DNA of 64,000 bases from Iphione sp. A-MEVVRFRX5. Taxonomy: Eukaryota. Both the position numbers and the translations under genes were made by a program. How positions within the stretch are numbered: the stretch's first letter is position 1; each line of letters begins with the position of its first letter. The notes under the pieces are model-generated. The model was not told where the DNA came from, searched no databases, and was given only the letters and a program-made list of their open reading frames with translations. Shown in pieces: positions 40,701-52,229 of the stretch. Where the stretch lies: assembly GCA_976226885.1 (NCBI GenBank), contig OZ320315.1, positions 84,196,001 to 84,260,000 of the forward strand. The letters run 5' to 3'.

Positions 40701-41575
40701 TGATGTTTTGTTCATGAGGAGCGTGCAACCATAACACGGTTTATTTATGCTCGTATTAAGGTCCATGACAAATGCTGTGAAATATAAGCCCATCCGAAAA
40801 ATGCGTCCAGCCGAATCACGCTGTAATATCTTAATAACACGACGAGAGTGTGTATTCATGGAAATGCTCTTCTTACGCAGCAACTTTCTGCAACAGGCGT
40901 GGCGTTACGTGATGAAGGCAAGGCAAATCTGAACTTCAACTTAATTATAGAACTTGAGTCGTGAGCTAGTGCAATTATCACGTTTTCTTTCTGGAGTTAT
41001 GGAACATGCGGTCTCCACTGGGAAGACATGTCAGGTCAATTATGCCACGCCAGGCCGGCCAGACAAATATAAGTAGTCATCAGGTAGCAGGCACTTATGC
41101 ATATAAAATGCAATTTCTTCTGCGTCAGGTATCGTTTTAGGATGTACGCAGGAAACAAAAATCAGAAAGGCCTTAACCAGTCTACACAATAACACAATGC
41201 TGAAAATCACTACCGGTATAAGCACGTGTATACATGTACATGCATATATATATATATTATATACAAGTATGTTTGTGAAAGCGGAGTTGGAATAAAGATG
41301 AACATATGATAGTCTGGTGTTAGAAACACGGCCATAACGGCAGTTGGGGGAATTCAGTGAAACGCGTTAGACTTATAGAAACAACATGAGGAAAATCGTT
41401 GTTTGATAAACATCAAGTAAAAGTCTTAAAGATAGGTACTCATTTTTTTCTCATCTCCACTCACAGGAATAAAAATGCAGGTATTTGACATGTTTAGCTA
41501 GTTGCATGACACGAAATTGACAGAGGAGATAACACATTGGTTTCTTTTTAAAATATAAGTGTCGGCAGCACATAC

Positions 41576-41638
41576 CTGGAGTATCTGGTCTCCCTCGTGT
41601 ATACGTCCACTCCTGCCGGCCACACCATTTGGCTCGAT
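41576..41638 (-). CDS. PDZRN3: PDZRN3/4-like exon, PDZ middle part (IEPNGVAGRSGRIHEGDQILQ)
   Basis: Acceptor ttttgttctgcag|ATC, donor CAG|gtatgt, 63 nt, phase 0-0. Contains the PDZ signature A..GRI..GD.ILQ. Confidence 0.92.
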
Positions 41639-42304
41639 CTGCAGAACAAAATGGGAGAAAATATATCACTAGGCGTCGGGAGCAGCCGGTCAGAGATAGG
41701 CGATGTTTTCCTACACATGTGCATAACACTTGGCCGTATAGTTGGGTTAAAAAAAAAGAGAAGAAGTAGCTGACAGCCATAGGTCTCCCGCATGACCGGC
41801 TGTGTAGCCGCGGGCGCCACACCAGGACTGGTAGGGGCCGCGTGTTCTGGACTCTCTGTATGGGTGACTTTACAGGCTGTACGTCCGGGTCGGATTTCTG
41901 TTCTGCTTTTTGGCCAACCCATCGACAATGACATAAACCTGGTCACAGACAAGCTGAGTATAATCTAAAGAAGGTAAACTGTTTAAACAATACGGAAATA
42001 TCGGAAATAAAAACAACATGTGGATTCTGAAATATGATCTCAAGCGAAACGCACATAGAGTTACACACATCAACAAATTCTATTTCCACAAAGAACTATC
42101 TTTCATACATATGGAAGTATAGTCTGGTTTCAACCGCGCACTGTTAACTGACAATTCCAAACACGGTATGTTATGCAAAGCCCAGTCCAGTCCGGACAGC
42201 AGCGAACAATAGTAATGGATCGCGAGCAACTCCGCCAGCTGAATAGGTCGTATTATGTTTCACCTTCATATTTCTTCACAAAAGGATGACACGGCAGAAC
42301 TCAC

Positions 42305-42382
42305 CTTGGTTGCTGAACAGATACAGGTGTGCTGTGCCTCGACTGTGGTGGTGGCTGAGCCGCAGGACAGCACTGTGCCCAT
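42305..42382 (-). CDS. Candidate alternative first coding exon (MGTVLSCGSATTTVEAQHTCICSATK) joining the 41638 exon
   Basis: Strong Kozak cacgccATGG, consensus donor AAG|gtgagt, exactly 26 codons (phase 0), 667 bp upstream of a phase-0 acceptor, MGxxxS acylation motif. Confidence 0.6.
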
Positions 42383-45246
42383 GGCGTGCTCCGGCCAACC
42401 ACCCCGCCGCCCCACTTGCCGGGGCTGGCTGCAGGAAGGCGGCCAAATACCAACTCCTGCTCGCACCCCCCGGCTTGGACGTGGAGGAGGCGGTCAGTCG
42501 GTGGTGGCATGCATCGCCCTCCTCTGCCACCTCCCAGGCAGCAGCCACAAACTGACCGGAGGCCGTTATGGCCGCCGTCGGAGGCAGGCGATTCGGCGGG
42601 CTGGGCCGATGACCGGTCGGAGAATTCTCTCCAGGAAAGTCCCTGCCCAGAGCCCTATGAATATTTCAACCCCTCCATGGCCACAACAGGCACTGTTCCT
42701 CTGTTTGACTGCCGCGGCCGGCACATTCCACGGCGAACTATATCCATCTGCAGCAGCAGCGGACACTTATGACCAGCGTAAAGCCCAGCAATGAGTTATT
42801 GGCCGGAGAGCGGCGAGTCGCTCTCGTAATGGGACGGTGGCTGTGCAGTGTTGAAGCAGCACACTCACCAGCGCCTCTAGTCACGGTCTGACCCGTTGTT
42901 GCGTTGTATACGTATCCGTCCTGTGTGAGTAGTAGTGGCAGCGGTGCAAGTAAGACCAGAGGATTAAACGTGTGGGCCTACCACTCCTCCTCTTGTTCCT
43001 CCTACCACTCCTCCACCCACAAGACGCCGCCGCCGTGTGCTTCTCTACCGCCTACATCCCTTCCTGACATTCAACAGCTTGAGGCTCTGGGGCACTCTCC
43101 TCCTAAGGTACTTTCCCTCGCTACGGCTTCTCCAGCTTCTTCCTCCAGCTCCCCACAGGCCACTGGCTGGTCTTCACACTGAGTAACCCAGTGGCCCTTC
43201 AGGATGTGTTCTGATCGTCTTGATTCAGGAGCTCTTCCTACCTCATGGTTGCCAGGAGCATCGCGCTCCATTTACCTCCCACCTCTACCCACACCCCATT
43301 CCGTTTCTCACCCCCCCCCCCGTAGGCCGTAGCTTCGTATTGGCGGGGGGAGTGTTAGGGGCTGCCAGTGCTAGACAACAGCGCTTTCCGGAATCACTCC
43401 TTCCAACCGAAAGAGACCTTGTAAATACACTTCACCTGGCTTTCCCACAAACTAGTGAAGCGGAGCTGGGGCTTGGAATGGGTAACATGCAGGTGCACCG
43501 ATAGGAACCTGGCACTCAGGCCCATCGTTTCATCATATCCAGTTGTAGCAGCAGCTAGTTGGAGAGAAGTCCCCAATTGTTCCTCCTTTACCTCACACTG
43601 TTAACGTATATATTGTCAACTTGAAATTGAGGGATGACAGAGCCCAACGACTTCTCTCAAAGGACCCAGGCTCTTCTTTGTTGTCATTCCTAACATGCGC
43701 GTACCTGTCTCAGGGAGGAGAATGAAACGTTTGGGTTGGATTGCCATCAATCTTCACTAATACCCGAATCAGCTTGGAAGGGACCTTCCGTCGATCTCAG
43801 CCACGTAGTGAATACCGGTATATCTTAGTCGCCCATTGGTTTGAGCCCTTCTATCCCACTCCCAAACCTCTACCGCCCTTGCTCTTTATCCTCTTTTCCT
43901 GTCTACCTTTTCTCACTGCCTTCCAAGCCGCGGTACTCCGCGCAAACGGCGGCAATGAAGGATCGCTGCTAGAACTAAAAGCCCAGGTCCGCGTCGTCGA
44001 CCTGGCTCAAACGGCCATCTAGCAAATTGTTACAATCCTCCTCGCAAAGTAGCTGTGTGATACATAATTCAGCCTTCAAAAACAGCACTCTGTTAAATGG
44101 GAAGGCCAAGGCGTTAGTTTAGTGATAACTATTTATGCAGGTTTCCCTCATTTGATGAGCTTTGTCCCGCATTAAGAATATAGGAAAGACCCGACCGTTG
44201 GTGAGGGAACAAGGCTATCACGTAGCACCCTGCTTAAGTAGAGGGTTAGAAGGAGATGCCATGTAGAAAAAAAGAGTAATTAATGGATAAATTGCAAAAT
44301 TAAGAGAAAGAGAGATAAGAAGAGAATGGGTCAGAAACAAAGACAGGAAGATAGACTCTGACGGATAGAGAAGATGAGAGAGAAAGTAGAAATCATTATA
44401 GGTAACAAAAAATACTTTTAAGTTGTAACTGACTTGCTAGATAAAAGCAATATAAAATTGATTGGCCTTGTCCATCGTTTTATGAGCCTTATCTAGATGC
44501 AGACGAAAATGATGTATTGATGCAAGCTTTCACAATATTATGGGACTCATGGCTGCAAAGTACTTTAGCTTTCAACTCATTGCAGAAAAAGTGCTTGCAA
44601 TGCCACGCTAAAGGGTTTTGTTATGGAAAGGTAGAAACATACAGGCGCTCTAAATCGATTTATCCTCTCCATATGTGGCGATAAAACATTTCTTGCGATT
44701 TACATCTTTTATTTATGACCAGTCTGGCGCAGTAAAATGAAAGTTAGATCATTATTAATATAGAAAAAAAAAACATTCAAGCCACAATTGTTAATTTGAA
44801 CTGAAGTGAATCTCCTTACTTTCCATTTTCTCTGCAAAGCAAGTCTCAATGAAATGTGGTTTGCTCTCCTACTACGTAATTCTGTCTGATTGCAAGAGAC
44901 AGTGTGCATGCTCTGATAAACACGTAAACCTAGCCTTGAAGTTCAGCCCTGGATTCCTTTAACACTCCAGAGGACATAGAAAGCCTCACCATCTCTCTTA
45001 CAATAAACAGATGTATCGACGATGGACAATACCGTCTTTCCCTAATGCATGTTTAAAATTTACCCGGTCAACATGAAAGGCGACCTTTTCTTGTTCTGGA
45101 CGGAAGACAAAACCTGTGGTTTCTCCGCCAAGTCCGTGGAAGCACTTGGACTTGTCTGGAGGCCATCTTCGCCACAGCCCCTCACCTCCCAATGGCCCCT
45201 CTTTGGCCTGTATCTTTGACCCGGATATCATGTGAAACATCAGCGA

Positions 45247-45300
45247 TCACCAGAGGGCGTGGTGGGCTAGCGCCCCCTACTGGATTCCACAGGTGGCGTG
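45247..45300. promoter_or_regulatory. Cluster of CTCF-like motifs
   Basis: TCACCAGAGGGCG (+, 45247-45259), CCAGTAGGGGGCGCT (-, 45283-45269), and a 3'-core match CAGGTGGCG (+, ~45290), compared with consensus CCASYAGRKGGCRS. Confidence 0.5.
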
Positions 45301-47178
45301 ATAGGGATGATGCCTGGTCAGCCTCAGCAGGACAAGGCCAGGTGCCCCAGGGATCAAAGCCTGATAGCTATCAGCTCAGCTTTTGCCCTGATCCGTCCTG
45401 TTTTATAGCAACAGTCCCCTGTGATAACCCTTAGCTCCTTAGCCTTGTCACTACTAAAATATCTTATGTAAGCTGCAGCTGATGCACGCACTTAAGGCCT
45501 TCCTTTCTTCATTAAGCACAACACTTCGTCAATGCACAAGGGACGTTGACGCGCACATTTAATTTTGACATTCTGCAAGAGGAAAGGTGAACTTTTCAAT
45601 GAAAGCCAAGCACTTCTTCCCACTCAACTAAAAGTTTGAACTTTGTGGAGTAAGGAAAACATTTCTTATTCAGCAGAAACAAAAGTTCATTTTCCTCGGC
45701 CATAAACACATCTGATGATGATAATATAGGCTTCACTGCCGTTATTTTCTTCACCCTTTGGCTCTGCTTTTACATTGAGGGGCAAAGCAAGAGCCGCCCC
45801 TGGTGTTAGCTCCTCATTAGTCAGCAGCACACCTGTGTTCACCTCCAGGTGAGAGGAGAATATGGCCAGCCCCTGAAACTTCATAATTGATAGTCATGGG
45901 AGGCCCGGGCCTTCATCTCTGGGCGGTGGCAGACCCCCCCCCCCCGGAACACATTACCGAGTCGCATGGTCGGACTGCAACTTACACCAATTAGCCTTAC
46001 TGATAAGGTATCATCTAAGCAAGGTGTAATATGTTCTTCAGCTTCCCAAAAACGTTTCCCCTTTTCCTCCCTATACTTGTTCGCCCATCCTTCGTAGCTA
46101 TCTAATCAAAGAAGCCGGCGAATATCGTATGGTCTTATAACGCAGTCGTGAACATCGAGAAGCTAGCTGTCTTCATTTTCGTACGTTACGTGCTGGGTAG
46201 AAGAAAAACGAGGGGGGAGAATAATTCATGTTCGGAAGCCATAGGGCAATATGTACCAGATGCGGAGGGCATGGCACGCTGTCACGGCGTTAGGCATAGA
46301 CGAAAACAGAGCCAAGAAAAAATACTTTGACGGATAAATATGAGAAGGATAGATGGACGTACACTTGGAGTCTGCAGGTACAACAGCTTGGGTGCAGCAG
46401 AGCCCAGTATGCTAAGATCAAAGCGCACACTGGAGTGTCTGATGATGGGCTGTCAGAGTACGATGGTGAGGCGGCCTAACTGACGGCCGGCTCTGTGACA
46501 CCATTAGGTGCACAGCCCATCCGTTCAGTTCGCATGGGCGGAGTCGGTATAGTCTAGGTCCAGTAGTCGAGCGACCCGCAGAGCTATCTGTCTGTTGTGT
46601 GTAGGCCGGCTACTACACGGCATACTATAGACCGCAGGCGGGAATATAACGGAGAGAAAACAATAGTACGAGTAATCTAGCAGTGTTATACATTCACCTA
46701 TGCCTTCGTGAGGAACCGATGGGACCGTGGACGATCAACCGATGCCAGAATAAACGGTCCAATGTGCTCCCTTTATAAACATGCACATGTATATGACTAC
46801 CTGAGAGGTGGCCCTGCACACTAACTGATGTTTATGGAGGGTTAGATCGTTGAACGGGCTAGGCTCGTGCAGCGCCATGTGCGGCAGCCGCAGCAGTAAT
46901 ACAACTGTATCTCTAAAGCCTCCCCTCCCCGCTCCGATTTCAAACCTTCAGCCTACCACGAGTCAATGTGAGTTGCTCCGAGTGATTCACAGTGACAAGT
47001 TTGATGGTGCCGAACAAACGTCCCGTGAAATCAACTCTAAAGCCACGCGGTGCGCCGCCGCCTTGTTTACATCGCGCGGACGGACAAATTTGATCAAAAT
47101 TGAAATCAGATTTTTCAATCAGGCTGTTTGTAGGGACAGTGGTCGCCGGATCGAGGCGGTGCACCCGGGCGCTTGCTC

Positions 47179-47262
47179 TGCGCATGCCCATTGTCAACAC
47201 ACAAGTGAGGCAAATTCACACTTCCGCCCATTTAACCATCGCCATGCATCATGGGAAATTGT
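47179..47262. promoter_or_regulatory. NRF1-like + ETS/GABP + ZNF143(Staf)-like motif module
   Basis: TGCGCATGCC 47179-47188, ACTTCCG 47220-47226, GCATCATGGGAAATTGT 47246-47262 (reverse complement ACAATTTCCCATGATGC). Confidence 0.35.
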
Positions 47263-48544
47263 GCAGTTAACTTGAAGGTTTCCTAGGTCTTTGTTACTCA
47301 AACAAAAGACGGTGTTTTCTTGTTCGTCTTCCCAATCGCTTTGCACTCTTCTTTATTCGCCGTCGCGTAAAGTCGCGATCCCTTCGGTCACGGTCCAAGT
47401 CAATATCTTAAGACAGGATTAATTAAAGTGTGTGTTTTTTGTTGAAGGACCATTCCTAGTGGCAATGGTGCCGAGGAGCCAAAGCACCTAGCAAAGATAT
47501 TATCATTTTTAATTGCTTTGGTCTACTTTGTCTCAAGGCGGCAAGAGCACTAGCAAGGTTTTATTCATAATCCTTATTCCTTGAGGGCCAGCTGCAAGTG
47601 ACGGCTCCGTCCGCTGGCTGTGACACATGCCTTGCTGACTGAGCTGCTCTCCAGCTCGGCCTACTCTCAACCGTTCCCCTGGGTGGGGTGTTTGGGGGGG
47701 ACCTGGGACAGGTAACTGGGCAACTTATGCTGAGTGGGTCTCTCTGCTCACAACCGTCACCCATGCATTTTCCGCCAGTGCACCCACTGCTAACCCCCCC
47801 CCCCCAACCTCCTCCTCTACTTGCAGGCCGTCATGGTGGAAAGCCTTTTCTTGGCGGGACTACAAATCAGCCTGCAGCTATGACTGTGCCGTATATTACA
47901 TGGAGTGCAGCCAATTTGGAAGCAGACTAGCGCTGAACGCAAAAGTTATAAGTCTGCTCTAGCTAAAGGGAGATAGTGTGCGTTCAAAATGTTACAGGCC
48001 ATTGGATAAAAAAAGAATTTAGCCTCGCCGCGTATATTGGTATAAATCGAAGACAAAAAATGTAGTAGATACTTTTATTGATATATCAGTGTTATATAAT
48101 TGGTGTTTATCCATATATACATATGTGGTGTTTATCCATCATTTTCTCTTTCATATTCATAGCGTTCGTCATTTTTAAAGTCAATTCACTCAACATTAAT
48201 TACAAACATCTGACGGTGGCACTGCTCACTGAGTAAAACTAGACCCGGTTTCATTCGGAAATCATGAGCAACAGGCTAGTTTATGACAGTGTGAAAATCC
48301 AGAAACCAATCAGAATGACCATCTCTGGAAATAATAATAACGGACATTTAAAAGCCACTGTGCATTCAAAACCTCAATAATGAATCGTCCCATCAAGGGA
48401 AAAGGCTGATTTAGCATTAACACTTAAAGTCCCAAGCTAAGGACCCCTGCAAGAGCCACTTAAAAGCCTCGCCTCCGCGTTCACAGCTTTTCATCAGGCA
48501 AAATTAAAACAGGGAGGATTGACAAAGCTATTTCCATCGCTCAC

Positions 48545-48628
48545 CCTCAACTCACCCAGCCGAATTGAAGGATTCTGCTTTTTGGAAACGTTCATCGGTA
48601 TCGGACGCAGGCGCCATGAATGTTTCAT
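48545..48628 (-). CDS. Candidate alternative first exon (MKHSWRLRPIPMNVSKKQNPSIRLGELR)
   Basis: ATG at 48628, 28 codons to donor AGG|gtgagc (phase 0). A second donor G|gtgagt lies 11 nt earlier. Sits just downstream of a CCAAT cluster. May instead be non-coding. Confidence 0.3.
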
Positions 48629-48743
48629 GCTGACATAAATACAAATTTCATTGCAGTCCGACCGATAACCGACCGCGACTGATCTGGGTCGTCATAGCTA
48701 ACTTATCTGTGCATTTCTGCACCGCCGCCGCCGGGCTCCAACG

Positions 48744-48852
48744 CTGATTGGCTGCGCCGCCGGTGGTCCCAGCATTCTGATTGGCCGACGCCGGGGCCCC
48801 GTCTGGCCCACTGGTGGCCGCCACTGACACATGCTCGTGGCAGACATATTGG
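48744..48852 (-). promoter_or_regulatory. Tandem CCAAT (NF-Y-type) boxes in a GC-rich island; candidate internal promoter
   Basis: CTGATTGGC at 48744-48752 and 48777-48785 (33-bp spacing; GCCAATCAG on the gene strand), plus ATTGG at 48848-48852. Confidence 0.5.
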
Positions 48853-49176
48853 ATAGGATCAGAGTGGGTGTCCGCAGGAGCTTTATCGGCATATACGTGT
48901 AGCGCAGGGGATCAGCCTACCTCTCCCGTCATACCATCATGTCACCGCCAGAGAGCGCCCACTCATATTTTGCCCGCACGTGACAATTCACTGGCTGTTT
49001 TTTTCTTCTAAGGGAGTTCGTATCGGTCGGAAAAGTTTTCCCTCCCGGGTATCCATCTCATGTAGCAAGCGTTAGGATTTCAAAATGAAAAAGTTACCTC
49101 TGTAAATGTAAACGTTTAAAGGTATGGGGAGATAGCTGTTAGGTATGTAGGTAGGTATTCATTAAGCTAGCCTTAC

Positions 49177-49275
49177 CTCTGATACGAAGACGTCGGTAAT
49201 GTCGGCGACTGCTGAGCCGTAACACAGAGTGAGACCTATCTTATCGGACGGACATTTTCTGGTTAAGGTCACCTC
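49177..49275 (-). CDS. PDZRN3: PDZRN3/4-like exon, PDZ N-terminal part with carboxylate-binding loop (EVTLTRKCPSDKIGLTLCYGSAVADITDVFVSE)
   Basis: Acceptor tatcttgcag|GAG, donor GAG|gtaagg, 99 nt, phase 0-0. Not in the ORF track. Matches the DKLGLTVCY...IYISE motif. Confidence 0.92.
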
Positions 49276-52229
49276 CTGCAAGATACACATAAAAATACAT
49301 TATGTAACACCGGGCAAAATCAAACCGTGTGAACATACACTTGAATATAGTGAACAAAAATCCCACACACCTACACAACATATTTCGTGTAAGAACCAGT
49401 CGAGGAAAATTTATCATATTTTCGACTTGAGTATGAAATAACACTCTGTGAACCTTATGCAAGTGTGTTTGCTAAATATTACCATGATTATTTGACTCAA
49501 CGACAGTGGTGTTACATGTCCCTGAAGAGAAACGATATTAACACGGCTCATATTGATGTAATTGAGACTCCATTGAAAATCAAAACATAATAATATGGGC
49601 AAAATATTTGCCTTCAACGCAGGTATCAACATATCAGTCATCTCATTTCTTCTAAAGGTGTCTCGAAGTTTGGAATGGGGTGCAGCAATTCGGGCAACGG
49701 GCGTGGAATTTTATTACTCTTCAGATAAGGCACATAACGTTACTCCATTCATAAAATCTGTAATACACCGTTTGCATTTACTTTCGAATCATTCTCGCAA
49801 GAAAATGTGAACAATCCTGCTCGCAGGGGTCAGAACATCCACCGCTTTGGTATCGATCTATGTTCATGTATATTTGTTGAGTTAAGGGATCGCTACATCC
49901 CAGTTCGACCGAACAGTAACTCTCCTCAGTGTTCGCTATGCACGAGTCCTTTCATCCTACGAATCTATTAATATATCAAACCGAGTACCCTGCGGCACGT
50001 TCTCGACGTTTATGAATCGTTGCGAGGTAAGCTACGGTGACTGTCGCCATTACTCTCTCTCTCTCTCCTCCCCCCTCGTCTCCAAATGATCACCGGCTAC
50101 CACATGATGACATCACAGGTTTGAGGGGACCCCTGGTAGTGAGAGTTGAATGGGTTCTGGGTCAGGAGGTCGGACGACTGGTGGCCGGGTGGAGACGACG
50201 ATGACAAGCAGGACCATGGTGGGTACGGTGTTACCAAGAAGAGATATTTCCAGCTAGATTCGCATAGTTTGCCTACGGATTTCATCACACAGTAAAATGA
50301 TCGTGGTTGAATCTAGTTCTGGGAGAGCCTCTGCGATCTTTAAAAAAATATTACTAAATGTATGGTGCAAGAGGTGATATTATAAATCCAAGGTACCAAT
50401 TTATCGCCTGGAGTTGTCATTAACTCTGTGAGGTAAACGTAACTGCCTGCCAGTCTACACTGGAAAAGATCCAACTGTTCGAAGGAAATCGAATTTCCAT
50501 TCAAACTCAATGCACCGAACGGTAATCGAAGCGTTATAATTTCACCACAAAAAGACCACTCTAGCTTGGCCGGGGCTTGATTTAGTAGGAAGTACACTGT
50601 CGACAGTTCATAATAAATCCTGCCCCATCAACAGTGGGGGAATTTTGCTGGCAACATTTCAATTTAGTTAGAAATATATACATGTACAAATACTTTCACT
50701 GTCACTGCCTTCGGTGAATGGGATGCGCATGTGCCAGTGGTTACATGACTTCGCATTGTAGCAGATGCTTTACACAAGGGATATCTAGGAGAAATATGTT
50801 TTAATGGAAGTGAAAATTGGGAAATTTTATCGTGGCATAGCATATAAAATATTCATGAGCTTTTTATAAGACAATTCCTCTGGGTGTCATTTGGGTCTCC
50901 GCTTAGGGCCATGCGATGTACAAACGTTTCGTTCCCATGAAAGTCATCTCCTATTTAATCAATATAATTCCTTGGGTAAATCATAGAAGGAAAAATTTAG
51001 TCCAAAACTGTATGGGTATCGTTGGACCCGTTTCGTACGCACATCTTTAACCTATTTTCTCGAGTGACCTTAAGCAAATGAAGACTGTGTGTACACTAAC
51101 CTCAGGAGGGGATTATCGTTTTAGAACTGCACGAAGGTCTGCACAGACCTAACTCAGGTAATGCACGTATCGTAACGGCCCCTTTCGACTTCATGCTTTC
51201 CTCATACGCACCTTCTAATTTACGACCCCGTTTCTAATCACCAGCCGGGCCGAGGTCTTTGTCTCATGTAGTATGCACTCTCGCCCCCCCCCCCGGTTAC
51301 TGGTGTCAAGAAAAATGGCTGTTCGGCGCTGCCGTTCAACAGCGTACTCTTGGTCGTAATACATGCACTTCCAAATAACGCACGGTTGTGAAGGTGACCT
51401 CGGCGCATACGGCAATAAGCATTCATCACCGCCGCTGATATTAATCAGTGGAACTCAATATTGAATCGACTGGGAACACCCTTTCGTAGCGCTGCTGCAA
51501 AATGCTTAAGTGAGCAAGCTAACTGCAAGAGGGAACCTCTAAGCCCTGCTCATTAGCATATGACTATGTACAGCACCCAGTCACCTGCAATAAAACCGGA
51601 CTCAAAGGGAGAAAATAGCAACATCATTATCTCTGATGAAACAGACCTTTAAACACCGGCAGCGTGTTTGAAGTGCAAAACGCCTGTTAAAAGTGCTAAT
51701 CGCCTGTACTTGTTGATTCGTTCAGTCGGATAATAACAAGCAAAAAGTTTACCATTTGCAAGCATGTATGTTTGCATAGAGAATAATAAACATAGACAAC
51801 ATATGTGTACATGGTCTACTACTTATATATCTTCTGACATATTCAAGCTATTTCATCCGTGCTGGCAAAGCCTGTAGTGACCACTTGTTTCCAAAAGTTA
51901 AGGTCCGACCTTCCGTGTTTAGGACCCACGCCACTCCCCATTAAAGTATCTCTCACTGTGAGCCTAGTCAGTCTTCCTATGGCTGCTCTAATATCGAACG
52001 GCTGTGGTGGGTGATCGTCAGCAGGAGAGGGACAGATCAAAGCCGAGGCCTCTCCCGCCGGTCACCATATCATATCCCGAAGGAGAGCAAGCGGCTCATG
52101 CCAGCGAATAGCACCGTGCCCTCCCTGCGCAGTATATCCGAGCAGACACAGGCGGCATGTTTGCCCCCGCCAGGAGGCGCACCGCGGGGACCACTAATAC
52201 CCGTGTCAGACGCCGGCCGGGACACGGCC

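Larger units (their letters stand above)
9504..49275 (-). other. PDZRN3: Partial multi-exon gene of the PDZRN3/PDZRN4/PDZD4 (LNX3/4/5) family; join of 49275-49177, 41638-41576, 31202-31101, 9611-9504. Gene very likely extends past both window ends.
   Basis: Four exons with canonical AG/GT boundaries, all phase 0, join into one frame. The product is collinear with the second PDZ domain and following segment of vertebrate PDZRN3/4 as I recall them (DKLGLTVCY...[39 protein letters not shown]...[32 protein letters not shown]), with the same exon boundaries. Comparison is from memory, not a search. An invertebrate copy would be co-orthologous to PDZRN3, PDZRN4 and PDZD4. Confidence 0.9.

Noticed and set aside
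42255-42794. 179-aa and 128-aa plus-strand ORFs
   Set aside because: Antisense shadows of a GC-rich leader/first-exon region; no domain.
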